A stretch of DNA of 61,609 nt, counting the filler. It is 6 parts of 6 records of this genome, joined end to end, with 100 filler letters (N's around TTAATTAATTAA, not from the genome) between each part and the next. Parts side by side here need not be neighbours in the genome. Positions count along the whole stretch, not along the records: positions 42,829 to 49,810 come from DRR723986_15194; positions 49,911 to 61,609 come from DRR723986_15195; 4 more parts are not named here. One strand, given 5' to 3'. The translations under genes were made by a program, and so were the position numbers. This document shows, piece by piece, positions 47,918-57,303 of the stretch (the stretch's first letter is position 1; every line of letters starts with the position of its first letter). Under the pieces are notes generated by a model. It saw only the letters and a program-made list of their open reading frames with translations, was not told the origin of the DNA and ran no database searches.

Positions 47918-49147
47918 TTACAGGCCCATGCAGTTGGCGTAATACGTCACGGTTGCAGGCCAGTCCGAGAACATGCCCTTGATCTTTACGTCCTGTGCAA
48001 GAACATCGAGCAGTTGATAATACATGCTGTCGTCGGAGGTGACCTCTTTGACCGATTGAAAATACCAACCGCCGCCACTGGCCAAGGGGCCAGAGCGTTC
48101 AAGGGTCCAGGTGATGATCTCAAGCCCGGCGTCTTGTGCGGCAATGGCCCAAGCCGATGGGACGATTTTATCCTGCTCGGTGGTCACCAGCATCCACATC
48201 GGAGGGGCAATAAAGTTCACGCCTTTGGCTTTGAGATCAACAAAGTCATGCGGAAAGGTTTCAGGGTTTGTGTGGTCAAACCCTTCGATCTTGTAAGAGG
48301 CATCGAGAAAGACGGCCTGTTTGCCGAATTCAGGTTCATTTTCAATCCAGTACAGAACGTCGTTGAGGTTGAAGGACTGCGCCCAAACATCGGATGCAGG
48401 CACGCCAGCGGCCTTGTATTCGTCGATCATTTTCTGGGCGTAATCCGCCTGAGAAAAGCCGTTAAAGGGCATCTCAACGGATGGTGATTTCAGCTCGGGG
48501 GTGAACTTTGCACCGAGGGCGCGGAACAATTCAATCGACTCGGCGTGGGTCATTTGCTGCGCGCCGTCAGTGAACAAATCGGTGCGATAGGGCGCGATCC
48601 CGCCTTGGTAAGCCGCTGCGGTTGTGGCGGTTTTGTCGGCGCTGTCCATCTTGGGTTTCAGCGTGCGGAATTCGGCCAGTGTGATTTCTGAGGTCCGGCA
48701 TTCGGCAGCGGCGGGGGTATCGCCAGTGGCGGCGATGAACGGCGTTTTGCAGGTGGGGGCAAGGTCGCTGGTCAGGATGTTGGTGGTGGTGTGCAGATCG
48801 TTCTGGGCGTGGCGGCAGACCAGTTCCAGATCCTTAGTAAAGGTGACGTCGCATTCCAGAATACCGGCCCCCATGCCGGCGGCGGCAACGTTTGATTCTA
48901 CGGTATGTTCCGGGAACATCAGCGGCGCGCCGCGGTGACCGATGGAAAACAGCGACCGTTTTGGGGTCTGACCCGCACAGGATTGCAGCTTGGTTTTCAG
49001 CGCGCCCTCGGGCAGCTTTTCGATCAGATACGCCGGGCGTGGGCCATAATCGAGGCCCGTTGTGGGCACCTCGGCAGAGGAGGAGCCGACGGCAAAGGCC
49101 AGCGAGGGGCTAAGCGCCAAAGCGGCGCAGAGGGCAGGAAAACGCAT
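47918..49147 (-). CDS. Secreted glycerophosphodiester phosphodiesterase
   Basis: Signal peptide from ATG 49147; IGHRGA...PEHT, ECDV, CRH, ELK and FSDWP motifs. Confidence 0.92.
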   Translation of the reverse strand: MRFPALCAALALSPSLAFAVGSSSAEVPTTGLDYGPRPAYLIEKLPEGALKTKLQSCAGQTPKRSLFSIGHRGAPLMFPEHTVESNVAAAGMGAGILECDVTFTKDLELVCRHAQNDLHTTTNILTSDLAPTCKTPFIAATGDTPAAAECRTSEITLAEFRTLKPKMDSADKTATTAAAYQGGIAPYRTDLFTDGAQQMTHAESIELFRALGAKFTPELKSPSVEMPFNGFSQADYAQKMIDEYKAAGVPASDVWAQSFNLNDVLYWIENEPEFGKQAVFLDASYKIEGFDHTNPETFPHDFVDLKAKGVNFIAPPMWMLVTTEQDKIVPSAWAIAAQDAGLEIITWTLERSGPLASGGGWYFQSVKEVTSDDSMYYQLLDVLAQDVKIKGMFSDWPATVTYYANCMGL

Positions 49148-49289
49148 TGGAAATCTCCGATATTCAGTTGCCCGGAGAGGTGCCAGTGGACTGTGACAGT
49201 CAGGCGACGGGACCATGACGGTCCCGTTATGATTTTGTAAAAAACCGGCGACAGTTTCGCGGGTTTTTATTCGTAAACATTTGAAATGT

Positions 49290-49652
49290 TTACATGAACC
49301 CAAGTTCAAGACGGGCTTCGTCAGACATCATTTCCATGCCCCAGGGTGGCTCCCAGATCAGCTCGACGTCGACGTGTTTGACACCGGCGACAGGTTCGAT
49401 GGCCTCGATCAACCAACCGGGCATTTCACCAGCGACGGGACAACCGGGCGCGGTCAGGGACATCAGTACCTTGACCTCGTTCTGGTCATTGATATCGATC
49501 GTATAGATCAGGCCGAGCTCGTAAATGTTGACCGGAATTTCGGGGTCATACACAGTACGGCAGGCTTCGACCACGAGCTCATAAAGCGGGTGGGTCACAG
49601 AGGAGGGTGCAATCAAGGGGGCACCTTCTAGGGGTTCGGTCGAATGAGTCAT
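49290..49652 (-). CDS. sufT: SUF Fe-S assembly protein SufT (DUF59)
   Basis: [23 protein letters not shown] and WEPPW motifs; start at ATG 49652. Confidence 0.92.
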   Translation of the reverse strand: MTHSTEPLEGAPLIAPSSVTHPLYELVVEACRTVYDPEIPVNIYELGLIYTIDINDQNEVKVLMSLTAPGCPVAGEMPGWLIEAIEPVAGVKHVDVELIWEPPWGMEMMSDEARLELGFM

Positions 49653-49810
49653 CTGGGGCCTCAGTATGGTTCCTGAGTGTTTATATAGGGAAGCTGCTGT
49701 TGAGCGTCCAGAGGCCAGCGTGTCATGTTGCGCCTGCAGAATAGAGGCCAGAGCACCGGGGGGTGACATGCGTGCACCGGACGTGCACCCCCCGTGCACC
49801 GCCGCGGCAC

Positions 49811-49910
49811 NNNNNNNNNNNNNNNNNNNNNNNNNNNNNNNNNNNNNNNNNNNNTTAATTAATTAANNNNNNNNNNNNNNNNNNNNNNNNNNNNNNNNNN
49901 NNNNNNNNNN
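49811..49910. other. Artificial contig linker
   Basis: N44-TTAATTAATTAA-N44. Confidence 0.99.
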
Positions 49911-49911
49911 C

Positions 49912-50430
49912 TATGCCGATCACAAACGGCAGGTCGAAGAAATGCTGGCCCGGACCCGCAGGGATCATCCCCATCTGGAGCAAGTGATCCTACGGGTTGG
50001 CACGGTGCTTGGGGCCGGGTTGGAAAACCAGATCACCGCGCTGTTTCACAAGCCCCGGCTGCTGGCCGTTTGGGGAAGCGACAGCCCGTTTGTGTTCATC
50101 TGGACGCAGGATCTGGCGCGGATTTTGCACCGGGCGGCAACAGATGGTCCCGCTGGGATCTTTAACGTGGCGGGCAATGGTGCGCTTGGCATTCCTGATC
50201 TGGCAGAGCGGATGGGTAAGCCGGTTTTGCGCCTGCCGCCTGCCCTGCTCAAGCTGGCGCTGGCAGTGGCCAAACCGCTCAAACTGTCGCGCTACGGGCC
50301 GGAACAGGTGCGGTTTTTGCAATATCGGCCCGTTTTGGACAACAGCGCACTGAAAACCGTGTTTGGCTATGAACCGGAACTAAGCAGTGCTGAAACCTTT
50401 GACCTTTGGCGCAAGGCGGCCGGACTATGA
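49912..50430 (+). CDS. NAD-dependent epimerase/dehydratase (extended SDR), 5' truncated
   Basis: Begins YADHK (YxxxK); LRVGTVLG and GIFNVAG motifs. Confidence 0.85.
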   Translation, partial: YADHKRQVEEMLARTRRDHPHLEQVILRVGTVLGAGLENQITALFHKPRLLAVWGSDSPFVFIWTQDLARILHRAATDGPAGIFNVAGNGALGIPDLAERMGKPVLRLPPALLKLALAVAKPLKLSRYGPEQVRFLQYRPVLDNSALKTVFGYEPELSSAETFDLWRKAAGL

Positions 50431-51194
50431 CCCACAGAACCGCGATCATCACAGGCGGCGCTGGCGGGCTTGGCCTTGCCCTCGACAATGCATTGCGCGG
50501 CAAAGGTTGGCACACGGTACTGGTCGATCTGCCCGGCCCGGCCCTGGACGCATTGGAAGTAATCGAAGGTCGGCGCGCCCTGCCCTGCGATCTCACAGAC
50601 AGCACGGCCTTGTCGGCCCTCTGCGCCCAGATCCGCGATCAATGCCCAACCATTGATCTGGTGATCTACAACGCCGGTGTGACCCATATCGGACCCTGCG
50701 CGGAACTGACCGAAAGCACCCATAGAAAAGTCTTTGACATCAACTACTTTGCCGCAACCCGCATGGCGCAAGAGCTGCAAACCGATCTGCGCAAATCCAA
50801 GGGCACACATCTGGCGATGTCTTCAGTTGCGGGGTTTTCGCCATTGCTGCACCGCACCGCCTATGCCGCCAGCAAACATGCGCTGGAGGGTTTTTTTAAA
50901 TCCCTGCGGGCCGAAGAAGCCGCCCACAGCGTTCAGGTGATGATCGCAGCGCCCAGTTTCGTTGCCACCAATCTTGGCAATGCGCAAGCGCAGGACAACG
51001 GCATCGCCCGTCCCGGATCGGCCACCGATGGCGTCGATTACATGAGCCCTGACGATGCGGCACAGGTGATTTTGAATGGGCTGGAACGGGGCAGACCGTT
51101 TATCCCGGTTGGACGCATTGCGCGGCTGTCTTATTTGATCAACCGCGCGTCACCTGCCCTGTTTGAATGGCTGATGCGGCGTAAAATGGGGTGA
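50427..51194 (+). CDS. Short-chain dehydrogenase/reductase
   Basis: TGGAGGLG, YNAG and YAASK motifs; ATGA overlap with the previous gene. Confidence 0.92.
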   Translation: MTHRTAIITGGAGGLGLALDNALRGKGWHTVLVDLPGPALDALEVIEGRRALPCDLTDSTALSALCAQIRDQCPTIDLVIYNAGVTHIGPCAELTESTHRKVFDINYFAATRMAQELQTDLRKSKGTHLAMSSVAGFSPLLHRTAYAASKHALEGFFKSLRAEEAAHSVQVMIAAPSFVATNLGNAQAQDNGIARPGSATDGVDYMSPDDAAQVILNGLERGRPFIPVGRIARLSYLINRASPALFEWLMRRKMG

Positions 51195-53099
51195 TCAAGC
51201 CGCTGAGAACGGATCGTCCAGAATACCAACAAGCGGCATCAGGAACGCCCCATCGGTTGGATCAATCGCATCAGCAAAGAAGCCGTCAATGGCGGCGACG
51301 GCCGCATCGCGGCTGGCATCAGTACCGGTAAAGAGCGCCATCGCGGCCACGGCATCGTCCACATCCGACATGCCTTTGTGCACCGCGAAATAAGCCCCGA
51401 TGTCAACTTTGGTGGTCAGATAGGCTTGATCTGCGGCCTGCTGCGCGACAAAATCCGGTCCCAATTCCGGCTTCGGATCGGCCCGCGCACCGCGCAAAAC
51501 CTCTAGGATAAACTGATCGCGCGCAACCGCGCCCTGATCCAGAAGACCAACCCAGAAATCAATGCCCGCCTGATCCGGCGTGCGGCCCAGAACATTGCTG
51601 TAGACCGAATGGGCAAAGGCAAGGTTGGTTGTGCCGCCCGGATAGGCAGCCTCAAATTCATCCTGATCAATGAACAGGGTCGCCATCTGATCAAGCGTTG
51701 AGCCCGTGGCAAAAGCGGTGCCCCAGAAATGCAGGCCCACTGCATCGGGCGCCCGGTCGAAGTATGCGATGTAAAGCTCGACAAAACTTTCCAACTCAGT
51801 CTCCGACAGGCCCGCAGGCCCGGCAAACCGCGCTAGATCAAAGGGCGCGTCATTGAGATTGCTGTCAAAGTCAAGGAATTCGATGTCGATCAACTGATCC
51901 ACGCCGTTCTCACCCGCACGCCGATCTTCGATTGTCAGGCCATCGGGTGCAACGGTCAGGGTGTAGCTGGCCTGTGCGCCACTGAACGCTGCGGTGTCCG
52001 TGCCATCGCCACCATCAAGCCGGTCATTGCCCGCCCCGCCGGTGAGGGTATCATCGCCCGCGTTGGCGGTGATCGTGTCATTGCCGCCATCACCCAGCAA
52101 CGTGTCATTGCCAACGCCCGAGGTCATTAGATCATTGCCATCACCGCCCTCGGCATAAAACGCCGAACTGGCGCTGACACCGTCAATGTGATCATTGCCG
52201 CCATCAAGGAAGATACGATCAGAGTCTTCGTTATTACCAATGAAAACAAGGTCGTTGCCACCGCCGCCGTGGATCTCGTCATCGCCTTGACTGCCGGCAA
52301 GCAAGTCATTGCCATCACCGCCAAACAACGTATCCGCGCCGATACCGCCGATCAGTGTATCAAGCCCACCGCGGCCATAGACCAGATCATCGCCATCGCG
52401 GGCAAATACATGGTCATCCCCCGATCCGCCGTCAATCTCATCGGCACCATAAAGGCCCTCGATCTCGTCATTGCCTGCGCCGCCCAAAAGCGTGTCATCG
52501 CCGTGACCACCGCGCAACGTGTCGTCACCATCACCGCCGATCAGGGAATCGTCACCAGATTGACCGGTCAATGAATCATTGCCCTCCAACCCTTCCAGCG
52601 TGTCGGCCCCATCGCCGCCCACCAGATCGTCATCTTCATCGGTGCCGGTGTCGATGATGCCTTCGATAAACTCTGCGCCATCAAATTCGACAGAGGACAC
52701 CGCGCCGTTCAAAGGCCCTTTGTCGGCGGCATTGGCCGCCCCGACTTGGGCTGTGTCGCGATCAATATCTGCGGGAACCGCCCCCTGCCCCTGTGCCAAA
52801 AGACTGCCCGCTTTGCTCAGGCGCATCACCCCGGCGGCATCCACAGCCACAGTCCATTGCGCCGTTTCCCCAGCGACAATTGCATCATCCGCAGAAATTG
52901 CATGGCGCTGGCCGCCGAGGAAAACAACAAACTCCAAGGTTGCCGAATTGCTGACCTGGGCCAGCAAGATGTCATCTTGCCGCGTGCCATCGCCAAAATC
53001 AAAAACCGTTTGGCCGGTGCCACCAATCACGGTGTCAAAACGGGCGGTTACGGTCAGAGAAAAGGCACCGTTGATGTCTGGCATAGTAATGATCGGCAT
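51195..53099 (-). CDS. RTX Ca-binding repeat protein with LamG-like N-terminus and DUF4214-like C-terminus
   Basis: Many GGxGxDxL nonamers; LYIAYFDRAPD...FW and YSNVLGRTPD motifs; N-terminal VFDFG...EF beta-sandwich. Confidence 0.85.
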   Translation of the reverse strand: MPIITMPDINGAFSLTVTARFDTVIGGTGQTVFDFGDGTRQDDILLAQVSNSATLEFVVFLGGQRHAISADDAIVAGETAQWTVAVDAAGVMRLSKAGSLLAQGQGAVPADIDRDTAQVGAANAADKGPLNGAVSSVEFDGAEFIEGIIDTGTDEDDDLVGGDGADTLEGLEGNDSLTGQSGDDSLIGGDGDDTLRGGHGDDTLLGGAGNDEIEGLYGADEIDGGSGDDHVFARDGDDLVYGRGGLDTLIGGIGADTLFGGDGNDLLAGSQGDDEIHGGGGNDLVFIGNNEDSDRIFLDGGNDHIDGVSASSAFYAEGGDGNDLMTSGVGNDTLLGDGGNDTITANAGDDTLTGGAGNDRLDGGDGTDTAAFSGAQASYTLTVAPDGLTIEDRRAGENGVDQLIDIEFLDFDSNLNDAPFDLARFAGPAGLSETELESFVELYIAYFDRAPDAVGLHFWGTAFATGSTLDQMATLFIDQDEFEAAYPGGTTNLAFAHSVYSNVLGRTPDQAGIDFWVGLLDQGAVARDQFILEVLRGARADPKPELGPDFVAQQAADQAYLTTKVDIGAYFAVHKGMSDVDDAVAAMALFTGTDASRDAAVAAIDGFFADAIDPTDGAFLMPLVGILDDPFSAA

Positions 53100-53251
53100 G
53101 GCGTTGATCTCTCATTTTCATACGTGCTTGGCCGGACGCTGCCGCACAAAGGCAGCAACTAAGCGGCAGAAATCTGTCTAAAGGATGGAAATCCCTGCCG
53201 CAAACAACTTTAACGCGATCACCGATGAGAGCCAGAGTGCTGCCCCAACGC

Positions 53252-53806
53252 CTAAAACGTCGGCGGCGTGCAGGCGCTGACGATCCGGCAGATGCTTTGG
53301 CCGGTGTTGCGGAACCGGTGCGGCTTGCGGCTGTCAAAGAGATAGCCCTCGCCAACACCCAGAACCTGCACCTGATCTTCGACCGTGATCTCGATCTCGC
53401 CTTCCATGATGATCCCGGCTTCCTCGCCTGCGTGGGACAGAAACTCAGGTCCGGTATCGGCGCCGGGCGGATAGGTTTCATCCAGCAATTGCAGGGTGTG
53501 GCTGCTGGCATTGCCAAGCTGGCGCAGAGACACAGGCGCCTCGCCAAACTGCGGCGCGATCTCGGTGAAATCTTCGGGCGCGTAAAAATATTTGGGCTGC
53601 TCGGCCTCTTCGATGGTCGCAAAAAACTCCGCGATGCTCATCGGTATCGCATCCAGCAGGCTCTTGAGAGAGGCCACCGACGGGCTGGTCTTGTTCTTCT
53701 CGATCAAGGAAACGGTGCCATTGGTCAGCCCCGCACGGGCGGCAAGTTCCCGCTGAGACAACCCATGCGATTTGCGCAACGCTTGCAGCTTTTTGCCTAT
53801 GTCCAC
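53252..53806 (-). CDS. XRE-family HTH-cupin transcriptional regulator (PuuR-like)
   Basis: LSQRELA...SLIE...SPSVASL HTH; cupin HAGEE...FDSRKPHRFRN. GTG start at 53806 is inferred. Confidence 0.9.
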   Translation of the reverse strand: MDIGKKLQALRKSHGLSQRELAARAGLTNGTVSLIEKNKTSPSVASLKSLLDAIPMSIAEFFATIEEAEQPKYFYAPEDFTEIAPQFGEAPVSLRQLGNASSHTLQLLDETYPPGADTGPEFLSHAGEEAGIIMEGEIEITVEDQVQVLGVGEGYLFDSRKPHRFRNTGQSICRIVSACTPPTF

Positions 53807-53951
53807 CCCGGTGATCCTTTGTCTGTCGCCGCTTTTCTCTTGCAAGATCAAGGTACTGCAACTCGCATTCGGCTGTAACCCATTTCCATAGGGTTTTTAT
53901 GACCATTTGGGCCGGAAATGGACAGGTCAAATCCAACTGTCTCAATCCGTA

Positions 53952-53990
53952 TTGACAGATAAATTTAACAGCGTATGAGAATTTTAAACA
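53952..53990 (+). promoter_or_regulatory. Candidate gabT promoter with overlapping operator
   Basis: TTGACA at 53952; AT-rich ATGAGAATTTTAAACA at 53975-53990, with similar sites at 55579 and 56003. Confidence 0.5.
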
Positions 53991-54038
53991 CCCCCGAAAG
54001 TGCTCGGTCGTGTTCCCCTTGTGACAGGAAACTCTGAT

Positions 54039-55424
54039 ATGACCACCACCACAAAGAAAAAGACCCGCAAAACGCCCGCCAAAAGCAAGGCCAACATCTC
54101 TGTCGTGCCGCCAGTTGAGGCAGGCAAGGTGACCAACGCAGAACTGGTTGCCCGCCGCGATGCTTCCGTCGCCCGCGGTGTGGCCTCTGCTGCGCCGATC
54201 TATGCCAGCCGCGCCGAAAACTCGGAGTTGTGGGACGTCGAAGGCAACCGCTATGTGGATTTCGCAGGCGGCATTGCTGTGCTGAACACCGGCCACCGCC
54301 ACCCCAAAGTGATCGCTGCCGCAAAGGCACAAGAAGATCACTACACCCACACCAGCTTTCAGGTTGTGCCCTACGAGCCCTATGTCGCGCTGGCCGAAAA
54401 GCTGAATGCGCTGGCCCCCGGTGATCACGCCAAGAAGTCCCTTCTGGTCACAACAGGTGCCGAAGCCGTTGAAAACGCGGTGAAAATCGCCCGCGCGGCC
54501 ACGGGCCGTCCGGGTGTGATCGCCTTTACCGGCGGGTATCATGGCCGCACCCTTCTGACGCTTGGCATGACCGGCAAAGTGTCGCCCTACAAAAAAGACA
54601 TTGGTCCCTTCCCGTCCGACATTTTCCGCGCACCATTCCCAAGCCTGCGCGACGGCATCACTGTCGAAGATGCGCTGACCGGCTTGCAGAACCTGTTCCT
54701 CACCGACGCCCAGCCGGAGCGTGTGGCGGCGATCATCATTGAGCCCGTGTTGGGCGAAGGCGGCTATACACCGGTGCCCTTCGAAATGATGCAAGCCCTG
54801 CGCGAGATCTGCGACACACATGGTATCTTGTTGATTGCAGACGAAATTCAGGCCGGTTTTGGCCGTACCGGCACATGGTTCGCGGTGGAACATTCCGGCG
54901 TTGTGCCGGATCTGATCACTGTCGCGAAATCCATGGCAGGCGGTTATCCCATCGCGGGCGTGATTGGCCGCGCCGAAGTGATGGACGCGGTGATCCCCGG
55001 CGGTTTGGGCGGCACATACGGCGGCAACCCGGTGGCCTGCGCGGCGGCTCTGGCCGCTATTGAAGCGATCGAAGAAGAAGGTCTGCTGGCCCGCTCCACC
55101 GCGCTTGGCGAACACTTCCGTACCCGGTTTTCTGAAATCGGTGCCCGCGTGGCCCCGTACCGCATGTGGGATATCCGCGGGTTGGGCGCAATGCTGGCGG
55201 TTGAGTTCGTCACCGACTTTGAAACCGCAACGCCCGATGCCGACCTGACCAAAGCCGTTGTTGCCCATGCGCTGAAGCGCGGCTTGATCCTGCTGGCTTG
55301 CGGGATGCACGGCAACGCCCTGCGGATCATGGTGCCGCTGACAGCGTCAGATGCGATCATCGACGAAGGCATTGCCATTTTCGAAGAGGCACTGGTTGCT
55401 GCAATTGCAGAGCAGAACGCCTGA
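54039..55424 (+). CDS. gabT: 4-aminobutyrate aminotransferase (class III PLP)
   Basis: [51 protein letters not shown] and GGTYGGNP motifs. Confidence 0.93.
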   Translation: MTTTTKKKTRKTPAKSKANISVVPPVEAGKVTNAELVARRDASVARGVASAAPIYASRAENSELWDVEGNRYVDFAGGIAVLNTGHRHPKVIAAAKAQEDHYTHTSFQVVPYEPYVALAEKLNALAPGDHAKKSLLVTTGAEAVENAVKIARAATGRPGVIAFTGGYHGRTLLTLGMTGKVSPYKKDIGPFPSDIFRAPFPSLRDGITVEDALTGLQNLFLTDAQPERVAAIIIEPVLGEGGYTPVPFEMMQALREICDTHGILLIADEIQAGFGRTGTWFAVEHSGVVPDLITVAKSMAGGYPIAGVIGRAEVMDAVIPGGLGGTYGGNPVACAAALAAIEAIEEEGLLARSTALGEHFRTRFSEIGARVAPYRMWDIRGLGAMLAVEFVTDFETATPDADLTKAVVAHALKRGLILLACGMHGNALRIMVPLTASDAIIDEGIAIFEEALVAAIAEQNA

Positions 55425-55443
55425 TCTTGACCAAAACAGATTG

Positions 55444-55477
55444 AAAAGGGGCAGGCCGCCACGCCTGCCCCTTTTTT
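55444..55477 (+). terminator. Intrinsic terminator
   Basis: AAAAGGGGCAGGC/GCCTGCCCCTTTT stem followed by a T run, after gabT. Confidence 0.88.
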
Positions 55478-56261
55478 GTGCGCCCTGAAAAACGCCCCGT
55501 TATTCTAGGCCAACTGACACCAACCGCGGTTAATTTCCGGTATGCGGCTAGGGTTTTCGACGAATTTTGCGCTTTTCGTTAAGAATATTAAACAAAACAC
55601 CAAAACCCTCAGAAATTTGGTTGCAATACGCTGTGGCCTTCGTCAGTCTTAACAAACAGCGCTAACCTTGGCGATCCGGTTGAGGGTGCGCAACGACAAC
55701 CATGCTGTGCCAGATCGCTCTGGCGCATCACGGACCGCTCATGGCGCGACCTTCGGGAGGGGTTGCGGCATTCTAGAGTTTGAATGGAAACAGATAGTTA
55801 TGCCGCCAAGCGGCGTAAAACGCTTGGGCTATCTGTATCTGACAACAATGGTGTCCCGAAATCCGGTTCGGGGCGCATGAATGTGAAATCAAAGCGGCCA
55901 AGCCCGCTATTGATGGCGCGAAATACGAGGAGAAATCGCTTCTGACAGCGCGCAAAGGTTGACTTCACGCTCTGGCGCCCTTGATCTTGTGGGGCGCAGA
56001 ATATGAATTCGTTAAACAACACGACCGTTTCAAGCGGCAAAGGGGACAGATAAAAGTGTCAGGCATCACACCGCAGGAGTATGCGATTGCACCGGTCAAT
56101 ATACCGCTGAAGATGCGCGGGCTGTTGCTTGCGCGATCTGCCAATCCTGCCGTGCGGCAACTTTCTGTTTTCGTTTCCGGCGCAAGGGCGTAGGGGATGC
56201 GTAACGCGGAGACATGGATGGCCCAGACGGGACGCCTCCGCATTGACGGAGCAGTAAGACT

Positions 56262-57236
56262 ATGACCCCTTTCGCAATTGCCGGCGTGCAGATGTACGTC
56301 AACGCCCTCCAGCCCAATGTCGATGGCATGTTGCATCGTCTCGATATTCTGATGATGCGCTTTCCCTGGACACAGATGGTGCTGTTCAGTGAACTTGCGC
56401 CCTTTGGCCCGCTTGAGAAATTCAAGCTGCCCCAACAAAACGAAGTGATCGACAAGTTTTGCGAGGCCGCGCGGCGGCACAAGGTCTGGCTCATCCCCGG
56501 TTCGATGTTTCTGACCCACCCCGAAGACGGCCGCGTCTACAACACTTCACTGGTGATCAACCCGGACGGCGAGGTGATCCGCCGCTATGCTAAAATGTTC
56601 CCATTCCTGCCTTATGAGGCGGGCATCGCGGCGGGCACAGATTTTTGTGTGTTTGACGTGCCTGAAGTGGGCCGCTTTGGTCTGTCGATCTGTTATGACA
56701 TGTGGTTCCCGGAAACCACGCGGCAACTGACATCGCAAGGGGTTGAGGTGCTGCTGCATCCGGTTCTGACCGGCACAACCGACCGCGACGCCGAACTGGC
56801 CATCGCCCGCGCCACGGCAGCGCAATTCCAGTGTTATGTCATTGATGTCAATGGCTTGGGCGCAGGCGGTGTAGGCAAGTCACTGGTTGTCGATCCGACA
56901 TCTCTGGTGCTGCACCAATCCGCGGGCCAGGAGGATATGTTCCCCATTGAGATCGACCTGTCCATGGTCCGGCGCCAACGCGAAACCGGCATGAAGGGTC
57001 TGGGGCAAGTTCTCAAAAGCTTCCGCGACAGATCCACCGATTTTTCCGTCTACGACCGCAGCAGCGGCGTGGACAGCTATCTCAGCTCGCTGGGCCCGCT
57101 AGAAGTGCCACAGCAAGGCTCTCGTGCGGGGTTGCACGTCGATGTCCCGGCGAACGCAGAGGCAGAGAAACTGGAACGCGGACCTCACATGGGGTTCGGG
57201 ATTTCGCCCGCTTTGGGCAAAACGTCAGGCGGCTGA
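56262..57236 (+). CDS. Carbon-nitrogen hydrolase (nitrilase superfamily)
   Basis: Glu-Lys-Cys triad: LFSEL, YAKMFP, ICYDMWFPE. Confidence 0.92.
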   Translation: MTPFAIAGVQMYVNALQPNVDGMLHRLDILMMRFPWTQMVLFSELAPFGPLEKFKLPQQNEVIDKFCEAARRHKVWLIPGSMFLTHPEDGRVYNTSLVINPDGEVIRRYAKMFPFLPYEAGIAAGTDFCVFDVPEVGRFGLSICYDMWFPETTRQLTSQGVEVLLHPVLTGTTDRDAELAIARATAAQFQCYVIDVNGLGAGGVGKSLVVDPTSLVLHQSAGQEDMFPIEIDLSMVRRQRETGMKGLGQVLKSFRDRSTDFSVYDRSSGVDSYLSSLGPLEVPQQGSRAGLHVDVPANAEAEKLERGPHMGFGISPALGKTSGG

Positions 57237-57303
57237 AACACAACAATTGCGGCACCCATACCGCGGACCCATCGTGTTTCAGCCTTTTTGAGGAGGATGA
57301 ACG

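Noticed and set aside
53478-55310. 610-aa minus-strand ORF
   Set aside because: Antisense shadow of GC-rich gabT and overlap with the regulator; no domain motifs.
56215-56260. Guanidine-II (mini-ykkC) riboswitch before the nitrilase
   Set aside because: GACG words are present, but not as two clean hairpins with ACGR tetraloops.
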